A stretch of 64,000 nucleotides of DNA from an uncultured Acidobacteriota bacterium (GTDB taxonomy: Bacteria; Actinomycetota; Acidimicrobiia; Acidimicrobiales; SHLQ01), in assembly GCA_963738445.1 (NCBI GenBank), contig CAVTWS010000007.1, positions 51,976-115,975 of the forward strand, read 5' to 3'. Made by a program: the position numbers and the translations under genes. This document shows, piece after piece, positions 9,913 through 19,547 of this stretch; position 1 is the first letter of the stretch; the number at the start of each line of letters is the position of its first letter. The notes beneath the pieces are model-generated. The model was not told where the DNA came from. It was given only the letters and a program-made list of their open reading frames with translations, and did not search any database.

Positions 9913-10935
9913 GTGCTGGCGGCCGACTCGACCGAACCCTCTGCGCTCGCGCCCGACCTCGCCGGATTTCGTGGCGTCCGGTGTGTCGTGACCGGCGGCT
10001 GTGGCTTCATCGGCTCCAACCTCGTCCACGCCCTGGTCGAGGCGGGCGCGCTCGTGCGCGTGGTCGATGCCCTGGTGCCGGGACATGGCGGGGATCGTCG
10101 GAACCTGGCCGAACTTCCCGTGGAGATCCACGAGTCCCTGGTCGGAGATCCATCAGTGGCCGATGTCGTCGCTGACGCGGATGTGGTGTTCAACCTGGCC
10201 GGGCAGGTGAACCACCTCGACTCCATGCGGGTCCCCGAACGTGATTTCGCCCTCAACGCGGTCAGCCACCTGCGGCTGCTGGAGATCCTTCGGGCCGTGA
10301 ATCCGGGCGCGCGGATCGTGTACGCGTCGACCCGTCAGGTCTATGGGCGAGCGCAGCGCGCCGTGGTCGACGAGCGGCACCAGACCCGGCCGGTCGATGT
10401 CAACGGCGTCAGCAAGCTGGCGGCTGAGCAACTGCATCTGGTGTACGCCAGCGCCCACGGCATGGAGGTCACGGCGCTTCGCCTCACCAATGTGTACGGC
10501 CCCCGGCAGCGGCTCGACAGCGACGAGCTCGGCGTCCTGCCGGTGATGATCCGACGCGCGCTCTGCGGCGAGGAGCTCGTCGTGTACGGCGACGGTCGGC
10601 AGCGTCGTGACTGCCTCCACGTCGACGATGTGGTGAGGGCCTTCGCCGTCGCCGCGACCTCGGGCCAGGCGGTGGGCGACGTCTACAACGTGGGCGACAC
10701 CCGGTCCTACGAGCTGGTCGACATCGCCCGCACGATCCTGCGGGCCGCCGGCCGTTCCGACGAGCCCCGCCTGGTCCCGTGGCCGGACGACCGGGAACGC
10801 ATCGACATCGGTTCCTTCACCAGCTCGATCGATCACATCCGTGCCGGATTGGAGTGGACTCCGCGGATCGCGCTGGCCGCGGGTCTGCAGTCGACCATGA
10901 GGTTCTACCGTTGCCGCCCGTGGTACCTGTCATAG
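9913..10935 (+). CDS. NAD-dependent nucleotide-sugar epimerase/dehydratase
   Basis: VTGGCGFIGS, NLAGQ, YASTRQVYG, NGVSK (N in place of the usual Y of YxxxK), LRLTNVYGP. Confidence 0.88.
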   Translation: MLAADSTEPSALAPDLAGFRGVRCVVTGGCGFIGSNLVHALVEAGALVRVVDALVPGHGGDRRNLAELPVEIHESLVGDPSVADVVADADVVFNLAGQVNHLDSMRVPERDFALNAVSHLRLLEILRAVNPGARIVYASTRQVYGRAQRAVVDERHQTRPVDVNGVSKLAAEQLHLVYASAHGMEVTALRLTNVYGPRQRLDSDELGVLPVMIRRALCGEELVVYGDGRQRRDCLHVDDVVRAFAVAATSGQAVGDVYNVGDTRSYELVDIARTILRAAGRSDEPRLVPWPDDRERIDIGSFTSSIDHIRAGLEWTPRIALAAGLQSTMRFYRCRPWYLS

Positions 10936-11966
10936 ATCTCGCCCGTCGGGGCGCTCGTTACGCAACGTCGTTCGCCGAGGTGGCCGAACGGGTCGCTCGC
11001 TCCGGTCGTTTCCTGTTGGGCGATGAGCTCGCCGGACTGGAGGCCGAGCTCGGTGAGGCGGCGGGCGGTGCACACGTCGCCGGCGTGTCGTCGGGTGCGG
11101 GTGCGCTCCAACTGGCTCTGGTCGGCCTGGGCGTCCGGCCAGGGGATGAGGTGATCCTGCCTGCGTTCACCGCCGTGCCGACCGCCAGTGCCGTGGTGGC
11201 CGCAGGTGCCGTGCCGGTCCTGGCCGACGTCGATCCCCGCACGGCGGCCGTGACCACCGGGAGCGTGGAACGGGTGCGCTCGGCGCGCACCCGCGCCGTC
11301 GTCCTGGTCCACCTCTACGGCCGCCGGGCCGAACCGGTCCTCACCGACCTCCCCGTCATCGACGACGCCGCCCAGGCCTTCGGGACGGTGATCCCGTCCG
11401 CGTCGTCGGCGGCGGTGGTCTGGAGCTTCTATCCGACGAAGAACCTCGGTGGTCTCGGCGACGGCGGCGCCGTGGCGAGCCGGGATGCTGACCTCGCCGA
11501 GCGCGTCCGGTTGCTCCGCAACCACGGGATGACCGAGCAGTATCGCCACGAGTTCGTGTCGCAGAACTTCCGGATGTCGGAGATCGAAGCGGCGTGGCTC
11601 CGACTGGCCCGTCCCGACACCGGGGCCGACAACCGGCGTCGCCGGGCGATCGCGGGTGCCTACCGATCGGCCGCGCCTCGCCTGGGGTGGTCGGCCGACG
11701 ACCCGGATCACGTCCACCACCTCGTCGTCTTCCGGCACGTCGATCGCGATCAGGTGCGGGCGGCGCTGGCCGATCGAGGAGTGGCCACGGCCGTGCACTA
11801 CCCGCGATCGATCGGGCAGCAGCCGGCGTTCGCCTCGCTGGGCCCGTCGTCGAACCCGAACGCCGACGCGTGGGCCGCTGAGTGCATCACGGTGCCGTGT
11901 TTCCCCGAGATGACCGACGACGAGGTCGAACAGGTGGCGTCGGCCCTGAGCGAGGTGAGCTCGTGA
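10920..11966 (+). CDS. DegT/DnrJ/EryC1/StrS sugar aminotransferase
   Basis: DEVILPAFTAVPT, VHLYG, DDAAQA, SFYPTKNLG (PLP lysine), GDGG. Confidence 0.9.
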   Translation: MVPVIDLARRGARYATSFAEVAERVARSGRFLLGDELAGLEAELGEAAGGAHVAGVSSGAGALQLALVGLGVRPGDEVILPAFTAVPTASAVVAAGAVPVLADVDPRTAAVTTGSVERVRSARTRAVVLVHLYGRRAEPVLTDLPVIDDAAQAFGTVIPSASSAAVVWSFYPTKNLGGLGDGGAVASRDADLAERVRLLRNHGMTEQYRHEFVSQNFRMSEIEAAWLRLARPDTGADNRRRRAIAGAYRSAAPRLGWSADDPDHVHHLVVFRHVDRDQVRAALADRGVATAVHYPRSIGQQPAFASLGPSSNPNADAWAAECITVPCFPEMTDDEVEQVASALSEVSS

Positions 11967-12688
11967 CCCCCAGCCCACCCGTCACCGTGACGAGCGTGAC
12001 GGCGATGTTCCCCTGTTACAACGATGCCCGCACCATCGGCGGTCTGGTCGACTCGGTCCACGCCGCGCTCGAAGCGGTCGTGCCCGATCACGAGGTCGTC
12101 GTGGTCGACGATGGCTCTTCGGACGGCGCGGGCGATGTGCTCGAACGCATGGCGGTCGATCGTGGTTGGTTGCACGTCGTGCGCCACGACGTCAATCGGG
12201 GGTACGGCGGCGCCTTGATCAGCGGGTTCGGGGCCGCCACCAAGGAATGGATCTTCTACACCGACGGTGACGCCCAGTACGACCCGGCCGAGGTGGTCGA
12301 TCTGCTCGCCGCTGTGCGGCCGGGCATCGATGTCGTCCAGGGATACAAACGCGGCCGCGGCGATGGATGGCACCGGGTCGTCATCGGACGCGTGTACCAC
12401 CACGTCGTCAAGCTCCTGTTCAACCTCCACGTGCGTGACACCGACTGTGACTTCCGGCTCTTCCGCCGGGAGCTGGTCGTCGAGCCGCCGCTGTCGTCGC
12501 ACACGGGCGTCATCTGCGTCGAGATGATGCGTCGTTTCGAACGCTCCGGCGCCCGGTTCGTCGAGGTGCCGGTCTCCCACTTCCCCCGGCCGCATGGGCG
12601 GTCGCAGTTCTTCCGCGTGGGGGCGGTCGGTCGGAGCGCCGGTCAGCTGGTGGCGTTGTGGTATCGCCTGATGATCCGGCGGTCATGA
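11963..12688 (+). CDS. GT2 polyprenol-phosphate glycosyltransferase (ArnC/DPM1-like)
   Basis: FPCYND, VVDDGSSD, NRGYGGAL, TDGDAQYD, DTDCDFRL. Confidence 0.88.
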   Translation: MTPSPPVTVTSVTAMFPCYNDARTIGGLVDSVHAALEAVVPDHEVVVVDDGSSDGAGDVLERMAVDRGWLHVVRHDVNRGYGGALISGFGAATKEWIFYTDGDAQYDPAEVVDLLAAVRPGIDVVQGYKRGRGDGWHRVVIGRVYHHVVKLLFNLHVRDTDCDFRLFRRELVVEPPLSSHTGVICVEMMRRFERSGARFVEVPVSHFPRPHGRSQFFRVGAVGRSAGQLVALWYRLMIRRS

Positions 12689-14136
12689 TGGCTGCGGGCC
12701 GCGCCCGACTCGGCGCCCTCGCCCTCGGATTGGTGACCGGTCGGGCTCCCACCTGGTTGCTCCGACGACGCTCGGCCCACGTGTACAGCGCCCTGGCGGT
12801 GGTGGGCGGCGTCGCCTTGTTCATCGCCGTGAACCATGGTCAATGGTTCGTCCGGGACGACTGGGCCTTCGTGTCGACCCGTGATCATCAGCGGCGCGAC
12901 GGGGGTTGGGACTGGCTTCTCGAGCCGCAGAACGGCCACTTCATGGCGGTTCCGGTAGCGTTGTTGGCGCTCGTCGACCGCGTGTTCGGCCTCGACTCGT
13001 ATGCGCCGTTCCTGGGCCTGGCTTTCGCTGCCCACCTGGTCTCGGTCGGTCTCGTGGGAGCGATCGCCCGGCGCAGCGGCGCCGGACCGTGGGCGACCGC
13101 CGGGGTGTGCGGGATCCTCGGGGTCTTCGGGAGCGGTTGGGAGAACCTGGTGTTCGCGGTCCAGATCACCTTCAACCTGTCGATGGCCTGCGCGCTCGCC
13201 CAGTTGGTGTTGGCGGACCATCGGGGCCGGGTCGGTCGGCGCGATCTGGCCGCCGCGGCCGTGGGAATCGTCGGCGTGATGTCGTCGGGCTACGGCGTGA
13301 TCCTCGCCGGGGCGTCGATCCTGCTGCTCGGCGCCCGGCGACGCTGGGCGAGCCTGACCGTGGTCGCGCTCCCCGGCGTGCTCGTCTTCGTGGTGTGGTA
13401 CCTGGCGTACGGCGACGCTCGATCCGAGCCCGCCGCTCCGGGGTCGATCACCGATCTGGCCGAGTTCGCGGGACGGGGCCTGGCCGCCGCGGCCGGCGGG
13501 CTGGTGGGCGGGCCCGGTCTGGGTTTGGCGCTCGGCGGGATGGTCCTGGCGGTGATCCTCGTGCTCGCGCTCGGGATCGCTCCGCCGGGCGGGTGGCGGA
13601 GCGACTTCGATCCTCCGACGGGGGCCGAGGCCCGATGGTTCTCGCTTCTCGCCGGGCGACTGAACCCGACGGCGGCCGCCGTCGCCGCTGCCGTCGCCGC
13701 TCCGACGGTCGTGGCTCTCCAGCGAGCCGGTCTCGGCCCGGCGACCGGCTCCTCGTCCCGTTACGTCTACATGATCGGATTCCTGCTGGCGCCGGCGCTG
13801 GCCGTGGCGTCGACCCGGGTGGTCGAGCGGGTCCCGGTCACCCGGTGGCTCGTCGTGGGCCTGTTCGTGATCGCCACCGGTCAGAACGTCGACGAGCTCG
13901 ACGACCGGGCCACCCGCTGGGCCACCGACACCGACCAGCAACGTCGGACCCTCGAGTTGTTGGCCGGCTCTCCCGCGGTCTCGCAGCTCGATCCGCAGCT
14001 CCAGCCCATCGCGCCGTGGAGCCCCGATGTGTTCGTGCGCGACCTGCCCGAGTTGGTCGAACGGGGCGCCATCTCGCCGCGACCCCCGTCGACCCCGGAC
14101 GATCAGGCGATCTTGGAGTCCTTCGGGCTCGCCTGA
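12685..14136 (+). CDS. Multi-pass membrane protein, probable GT-C-fold glycosyltransferase
   Basis: WFVRDDW after the first TM, PQNGH, SSRYVY, about 11 hydrophobic segments; ATG overlaps the GT2 stop. Confidence 0.65.
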   Translation: MMAAGRARLGALALGLVTGRAPTWLLRRRSAHVYSALAVVGGVALFIAVNHGQWFVRDDWAFVSTRDHQRRDGGWDWLLEPQNGHFMAVPVALLALVDRVFGLDSYAPFLGLAFAAHLVSVGLVGAIARRSGAGPWATAGVCGILGVFGSGWENLVFAVQITFNLSMACALAQLVLADHRGRVGRRDLAAAAVGIVGVMSSGYGVILAGASILLLGARRRWASLTVVALPGVLVFVVWYLAYGDARSEPAAPGSITDLAEFAGRGLAAAAGGLVGGPGLGLALGGMVLAVILVLALGIAPPGGWRSDFDPPTGAEARWFSLLAGRLNPTAAAVAAAVAAPTVVALQRAGLGPATGSSSRYVYMIGFLLAPALAVASTRVVERVPVTRWLVVGLFVIATGQNVDELDDRATRWATDTDQQRRTLELLAGSPAVSQLDPQLQPIAPWSPDVFVRDLPELVERGAISPRPPSTPDDQAILESFGLA

Positions 14137-14195
14137 CCCCAGCGGGTGCCGCCGGCGCCGCCAGGTCCGGTCAGCTCAGGTGAGCTCAGGTGAGA

Positions 14196-14690
14196 TCAGG
14201 TCTCGGTGTCGATCGCCTGCAGGAGTGTGTTCCACGACAAGGTGGCGCACTTGATGCGTACAGGGAACTTGACCACGCCGCGCAGCGCCTCGAGGTCGCC
14301 GAGCGTCAGGTCGGCCGGCAGCGCGGCTGGGTCGTCGGCGTCGGGGTCGTCGGCGCCGCTGCCGTCGCCGCCGAGACCGTGCTCGTGGATCGACATCATC
14401 GACTTGAACGCCCGGGTGAGCGCCCGGGCGTCGGACACGGTGTGGCCCTTGACCGCCGCCGACATCATCGACGCGGACGACTGGCTGATCGAGCAGCCCT
14501 GGCCGCCGATCTTGACATCGGTGATCAGGCCGTCGTCGTCGATGTCGAGGTAGACGACGATCTCGTCGCCACACAACGGGTTGAAGCCCTCGGCCCGGCG
14601 AGCCGGCGGCGAGACCAGCTCACCGCGGTTCCGGGGGCTCCGGTAGTGATCCAGGATGATCTCCCGGTAGAGGTCTTCCAGACCCGACAT
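14196..14690 (-). CDS. sufU: SufU (NifU-family) Fe-S scaffold/sulfur-transfer protein
   Basis: LYREIILDHY, NPLCGD, GCSISQSSAS, RIKCATLSW. Confidence 0.95.
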   Translation of the reverse strand: MSGLEDLYREIILDHYRSPRNRGELVSPPARRAEGFNPLCGDEIVVYLDIDDDGLITDVKIGGQGCSISQSSASMMSAAVKGHTVSDARALTRAFKSMMSIHEHGLGGDGSGADDPDADDPAALPADLTLGDLEALRGVVKFPVRIKCATLSWNTLLQAIDTET

Positions 14691-14703
14691 GAACGGTCTC
14701 CAG

Positions 14704-15996
14704 TCAGAAAGCGAAGAAGTCGGCGGCGTGTTCGAGGGCGTCGGTGAGCGCATCGACGTCGTCGGTGTCGTTGTACACGTAGAAGGATGCCCGCGCCGTG
14801 GCCGCCACCCCCAGCCTGCGCATCAGCGGTTTGGCGCAGTGGTGGCCCGGGCGGATGCACACCTGGTGCTCGTCGAGGACCTGGGCGACATCGTGGGCGT
14901 GCACGCCGTGCAGGTCGAGGGACAGCACGCCACCCCGGGCGAAGGGTTCCGCCGGGCCATGGATGGTGAGACGGTCACCGAGGCGGTCGGTCAGGGTTCG
15001 CAGGGCGTAGGCCGTGATCTCGACCTCGTGCTGGCGCACGTTGTCCATGCCGAGGGCGTTCAGGTAGTCGATCGCCGCATGGAGCCCGACCGCCTCGGCG
15101 ATCGGCGGCGTGCCGGCCTCGAACTTGGCCGGGATCTCGGCCGGGGTGAAGCCGTCGAGGCGGACATCACGGATCATGCCGCCGCCGCCGAGGAAAGGCG
15201 GCATGGCCTCGAGCAGTTCGGCCTTCCCCCACAACACGCCGATCCCGCTCGGACCGCACATCTTGTGGGCGGAGAAGGCGGCGAAATCGGCGCCGAGGGC
15301 GCCGATGTCGGTCGGGTTGTGCGGTACGAACTGGCAGGCGTCGACGAGGACCAGGGCGCCCGCCGCGTGTGCGGCATCGGCCAGGCGTCGCACCGGGGGC
15401 AGGGTGCCGAGCACGTTCGACATGGCGGTGACCGCGAGCATCTTGACGCCGTCGAGCAGGGTGTCGATCGTGCTCAGGTCGAGCTGGCCATCGTTCGTGA
15501 TCGGAATCCAGCGGAGCTCGATGCCGCGCTCGTCGGCCAGCTGGAGCCACGGCACGATGTTGGCGTGGTGCTCCATCTCGGTGAGCACGACGGCGTCGCC
15601 GGCTCGGAGGTTGGCGCGGCCCCACGACATCGTCACCAGGTTGATGGCCTCGGTGGCGTTCTTGGTGAAGACGATCTCGTCGGCCGACGGCGCGTGGATG
15701 AACGCCGCAGTGGCCGCCCGGGCCGCCTCGACGGCGGCGGTCGACTCCTCGGCGAATCGGTACACACCGCGGTGCACGTTGGCGTAGCTCGTCTCGTAGA
15801 ACGAGGTCATGGCGTCGAGCACGACCTTGGGCTTCTGCGACGACGCGGCCGAATCGAGGAAGACCACCCGCGACCCGTCGATGCAACGGCTCAGGATGGG
15901 GAAGTCGGCGCGGACGAGGCGCCCGTCGAGCGGCGTCGGTCCAGCCGCGTGCGGGGCCCCGCTCACCGGGGCCTTGTTTGCTGGGGACCCGCTCAC
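14704..15996 (-). CDS. sufS: SufS cysteine desulfurase
   Basis: FLDSAASSQKP, EHHANIVPW, SAHKMCGP, FEAGTPP, RPGHHCA. Confidence 0.95.
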   Translation of the reverse strand: MSGSPANKAPVSGAPHAAGPTPLDGRLVRADFPILSRCIDGSRVVFLDSAASSQKPKVVLDAMTSFYETSYANVHRGVYRFAEESTAAVEAARAATAAFIHAPSADEIVFTKNATEAINLVTMSWGRANLRAGDAVVLTEMEHHANIVPWLQLADERGIELRWIPITNDGQLDLSTIDTLLDGVKMLAVTAMSNVLGTLPPVRRLADAAHAAGALVLVDACQFVPHNPTDIGALGADFAAFSAHKMCGPSGIGVLWGKAELLEAMPPFLGGGGMIRDVRLDGFTPAEIPAKFEAGTPPIAEAVGLHAAIDYLNALGMDNVRQHEVEITAYALRTLTDRLGDRLTIHGPAEPFARGGVLSLDLHGVHAHDVAQVLDEHQVCIRPGHHCAKPLMRRLGVAATARASFYVYNDTDDVDALTDALEHAADFFAF

Positions 15997-16820
15997 CGCG
16001 GCCGCCAGGCGTCGTAGCCGTTGCGGTCGAGCTCGGAGACCAGTTCGGGGCCACCGGAGGCCACGATGCGGCCGTCCATCAGCACGTGCACGTGATCCGG
16101 GGCCAACTCGTCGAGCAGGCGTTGGAAGTGGGTGATGGCCAGGACGCCCATCTTGGGCCGGTCCGCCTTCACCGTGCGGACGCCGTCAGCGACCACCTGG
16201 AGCGCATCGATGTCGAGCCCGGTGTCGGTCTCGTCGAGGACGGCCAGCTCGGGATCGAGCAACGCCATCTGGAGCACCTCGTTGCGTTTGCGTTCACCGC
16301 CCGAGAACCCTTCGTTCAGATAGCGGTTCGCGAAGGCCGGGTCGATGCCGAGCTTGTCCATCCACTCGAGGATCTTCACCCGCAGTTCGAGGAGCGACAA
16401 GTCGATGCCTTTGCGGGCGGTCACGGCCTGGCGGAGGAAGTTCATGACCGAGACTCCGGGGATCTCCTGGGGGTACTGGAAGGCCAGGAACATGCCCGCC
16501 TTGCCCCGCACGTCGGCGCCCCACGACGTGATGTCGTCGCCGAGGAAGCGGATCGTGCCGGACGTGACGACGAACTCGGGGCTGCCGAGCAGCACGGACG
16601 CCAAGGTGGACTTGCCGGATCCGTTCGGACCCATCAGCGCGTGGACCTCGCCGGGCATGATGCGCAGGTTCACGCCTCGGAGGATCTCGATGCCCTCCTC
16701 GGTGCCGGCGTGGAGATCGTCGATCTCGAGGACGGGAAGGGTGGATCGGCGCGGCTTCCGAAGCGACACCAGCGCCTCGGCCGGGATCGCCGTGTCAGCA
16801 GTGGTCGGTGAGGCGGTCAC
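15993..16820 (-). CDS. sufC: Fe-S cluster assembly ATPase SufC (copy 2)
   Basis: GPNGSGKST, FLAFQYPQEIPGV, RYLNEGFSGGERKRNE, LDETDTGLDID. Confidence 0.95.
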   Translation of the reverse strand: MTASPTTADTAIPAEALVSLRKPRRSTLPVLEIDDLHAGTEEGIEILRGVNLRIMPGEVHALMGPNGSGKSTLASVLLGSPEFVVTSGTIRFLGDDITSWGADVRGKAGMFLAFQYPQEIPGVSVMNFLRQAVTARKGIDLSLLELRVKILEWMDKLGIDPAFANRYLNEGFSGGERKRNEVLQMALLDPELAVLDETDTGLDIDALQVVADGVRTVKADRPKMGVLAITHFQRLLDELAPDHVHVLMDGRIVASGGPELVSELDRNGYDAWRPR

Positions 16821-16847
16821 AGCAACATCCTAGAAGCCCGAGGTGGA

Positions 16848-16871
16848 TTAGCACTATGGGCGTAGTGCAAA
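16848..16871. promoter_or_regulatory. Palindromic operator candidate over the -35 region of the sufC-sufS-sufU promoter
   Basis: TTAGCACTATGGGCGTAGTGCAAA inverted repeat; TAGGAT -10 on the minus strand (16827-16832) 6 nt before the GTG start. Confidence 0.5.
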
Positions 16872-16892
16872 TACCCGCCTGGTGTGAGTGGG

Positions 16893-17522
16893 TCACCAGC
16901 CCCGCGCGACCCACTCGTCGAGGTGGGGGATCTCGTGGGCGAGGGTGGTGTCCTTGCCGTGGCCCGGGAGGACCAACGTGTCGGCCGGAAGCAGGCGGAA
17001 CAGGCGGTCCTCGATCGAGGTGATGATGGTGGGGAAGTCGCCGAGCTCGTGGGCCGTGTTCCCGGGCCCGCCCGGGAAGAGGGTGTCCCCGCTGAGCAGG
17101 ATCGGGGCCGTATCGAGCTGGAAGCACACCGAGCCCGGCGTGTGGCCCGGCGTGTGGATCGACCGTAGTCGGAGGTGCCCGACGGCAATGGCGATGTCGT
17201 CGTCGATGATGTCGTCGTACGACGGCAGCATGGCGGCGTCGGCCGCGGTCACCGCCACCCGGTATCCGGCGGCACGGAGCTCAGGGACCGCCTGGATGTG
17301 GTCCCAGTGGCCATGCGTCTCGAGCACGGTGGTGACCCCGAGCAGGCGGCACAGTTCGAGCAGCCGATCGTGCTCGTTGGCGGCGTCGATCAGGGCCGCC
17401 TCCCCGGTCTCGCGGCACCGGATCACGAAAACGTTGTTCTCGAACGGACCGACGACCACCTGGTGGATCTCGGCCCGGGCATCACGAAACACGAGGTCGG
17501 CAGGGATCTCCGGTTCACTCAT
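16893..17522 (-). CDS. MBL-fold metallo-hydrolase (glyoxalase II-like)
   Basis: THGHWDH, HTPGHTPGS, SGDTLF, PGHG. Confidence 0.92.
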   Translation of the reverse strand: MSEPEIPADLVFRDARAEIHQVVVGPFENNVFVIRCRETGEAALIDAANEHDRLLELCRLLGVTTVLETHGHWDHIQAVPELRAAGYRVAVTAADAAMLPSYDDIIDDDIAIAVGHLRLRSIHTPGHTPGSVCFQLDTAPILLSGDTLFPGGPGNTAHELGDFPTIITSIEDRLFRLLPADTLVLPGHGKDTTLAHEIPHLDEWVARGW

Positions 17523-17548
17523 GAAGGTCAGTCTCGTCGATGATCCGA

Positions 17549-17965
17549 TCAACCGGCCAGCGGGCTGACGACGGTGAGGCCGAGCCCGGCGGCGGCGGCG
17601 AGGTGGCGGGCATCGAAGGTGAGGTACCGCACCTCGCCGGGGAATCGGGTGGCCGCGGCCAGGTGGATGGCGTCGATCGACCGCACCCGGAACCGGCTCC
17701 CGATCTCGGCCGCGGCGGCGAGGCAACGATCGTCGACCGGTACGACGTGGAACGCCGCCCAGTCGACGTGGAAGCGGCTCCACAATTCGCTCAGCGTGTA
17801 CGGATCGGTGGCCAGCGCGTGGAGCAGTTGGGTCGTCTCGGTTCGGGCCACGGCCGAGGCGCCCCACACCGTCGCCGCGGCCATCTCAGCGAGCACGAGG
17901 TCCCGGTCAGGGTCCGTCACGTATCGGCGCACCAGGGCGCTGGCATCGAGAACGAGCGCGCTCAC
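17549..17965 (-). CDS. vapC: VapC PIN-domain toxin
   Basis: VLDASAL, RSIDAIHLA, LTFDAR. Confidence 0.85.
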   Translation of the reverse strand: MSALVLDASALVRRYVTDPDRDLVLAEMAAATVWGASAVARTETTQLLHALATDPYTLSELWSRFHVDWAAFHVVPVDDRCLAAAAEIGSRFRVRSIDAIHLAAATRFPGEVRYLTFDARHLAAAAGLGLTVVSPLAG

Positions 17966-18264
17966 CGACCGCTCCCGCCCCGGATCTCGGCCAGCACGTG
18001 GCGGAGACGGATGTCGACCGGCAGGGCGATCGCGGGCGGCGCCGGGGGCCGATCCGACCGCAGCGGGGGAGCGATCAGGCCGGCCGCCACCAAATCGGCC
18101 AGGGTCGGCGCACCGGCGGTCTCGATCGGCCCGAGTTGGGCGACCGCCCGCCCGTCGACCGTGACGACGACTCGCTCACCGGCACCGGCTCTTCGCACGG
18201 TCGCCGCCAGTCCGGCCCGCAACTCACGGATGCCGACCGAACCGGGGTTGTCGACGATGCTCAT
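17962..18264 (-). CDS. Phd/YefM-family antitoxin
   Basis: VGIRELRAGL..VRRAGAGERVVVTVDGRAVA; 4-bp overlap with the toxin gene. Confidence 0.85.
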   Translation of the reverse strand: MSIVDNPGSVGIRELRAGLAATVRRAGAGERVVVTVDGRAVAQLGPIETAGAPTLADLVAAGLIAPPLRSDRPPAPPAIALPVDIRLRHVLAEIRGGSGR

Positions 18265-18380
18265 GATCGAAAAGCGTACACCCGTGTACACGGCCGGGAT
18301 GGACGGCGCGGACCCCGAGGGCTAGCGTGTCCGGCTGACCGCACCGGCCGTTCGGCTGATTCGCCCGAGGAGCAACCGTC

Positions 18381-19496
18381 GTGAACTTCGCCTTCAGTGA
18401 GGAGCAGGAAGAGCTCCGTCGCATCGTCCGCCAATTCCTCGATGACAAGTCGCCCGAATCCGCCGTCCGTGACCTGATGGCGACCGAGAAGGGCTACGAC
18501 GACGCCGTCTGGAGCCAGATGGCGGAGCAGATGGGCCTGCAGGCGCTGATCATCCCCGAGGAGTACGGCGGCGCCGGCTACTCCTACGTCGAGCTGATCG
18601 TCGTGCTCGAGGAGATGGGCCGGAGCCTGCTGTGCGCCCCCTACTTCTCGACCGTGGCCCTGGCGTCGAACGCCCTCATCCACTCCGGCGACGAGGCGGC
18701 CAAGAGCGCGCATCTGCCGGGGATCGCATCCGGTGAGACCATCGCCACCGTGGCCTTCACCGAGGACAACGGCCGCTGGGACGAGTCGGGGATCACCATG
18801 GAGGCCTCGGGTGGCGATGGTTCGTACACCCTGACCGGCTCCAAGATGTACGTGCTCGACGGGCACGTCGCGAATCTGCTCGTGGTCGCGGCCCGCACCG
18901 GCTCGGGGGTGTCGTTGTTCACCGTCGCCGGCGACGCGGCCGGCCTCACCCGCACCTCGCTGGCCACCATGGACCAGACCCGTAAGCAGGCCCGGATCGA
19001 GTTCTCCGGCACCCCGGCCACGCTGCTCGGCACCGAAGGCGGTGGCTGGGCGGTCCTGGAGCGGGTCCTCGACCTCGCCGCAGTGGCCCTGGCCGCCGAG
19101 CAGGTCGGCGGCGCCCAGAAGTGCCTCGACATGGCAGTCGAGTACGCCAAGGTGCGGGTGCAGTTCGGTCGACCGATCGGCTCGTTCCAGGCGATCAAGC
19201 ACAAGTGCGCCGACATGCTGCTCGAGGTCGAGTCCGCCAAGTCCGCCGCCTACTACGCGGGCTGGTGCGCCGCTGAGCTCAACGACGAGCTGCCGTCGGT
19301 GGCCAGCCTGGCCAAGGCGTACTGCTCGGAGGCCTACTTCCACACCACCGCCGAGAACATCCAGATCCACGGTGGGATCGGGTTTACGTGGGAGCACCCC
19401 GCGCACCTCTACTTCAAGCGTGCCAAGAGCTCCGAGTTGCTCTTCGGCGACCCGACCTACCATCGCGAGCTGCTGGCGCAGCGCATCGGCATCTGA
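18381..19496 (+). CDS. Acyl-CoA dehydrogenase
   Basis: IPEEYGGAG, RVQFGRPIGSFQAIKH, QIHGGIGFTWEH; GGAG RBS. Confidence 0.95.
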   Translation: MNFAFSEEQEELRRIVRQFLDDKSPESAVRDLMATEKGYDDAVWSQMAEQMGLQALIIPEEYGGAGYSYVELIVVLEEMGRSLLCAPYFSTVALASNALIHSGDEAAKSAHLPGIASGETIATVAFTEDNGRWDESGITMEASGGDGSYTLTGSKMYVLDGHVANLLVVAARTGSGVSLFTVAGDAAGLTRTSLATMDQTRKQARIEFSGTPATLLGTEGGGWAVLERVLDLAAVALAAEQVGGAQKCLDMAVEYAKVRVQFGRPIGSFQAIKHKCADMLLEVESAKSAAYYAGWCAAELNDELPSVASLAKAYCSEAYFHTTAENIQIHGGIGFTWEHPAHLYFKRAKSSELLFGDPTYHRELLAQRIGI

Positions 19497-19547
19497 CCGG
19501 GTCCGGAGGGCGCTGATGCCCGGCGCCCGTCATCGTGAAGGGGTGAC

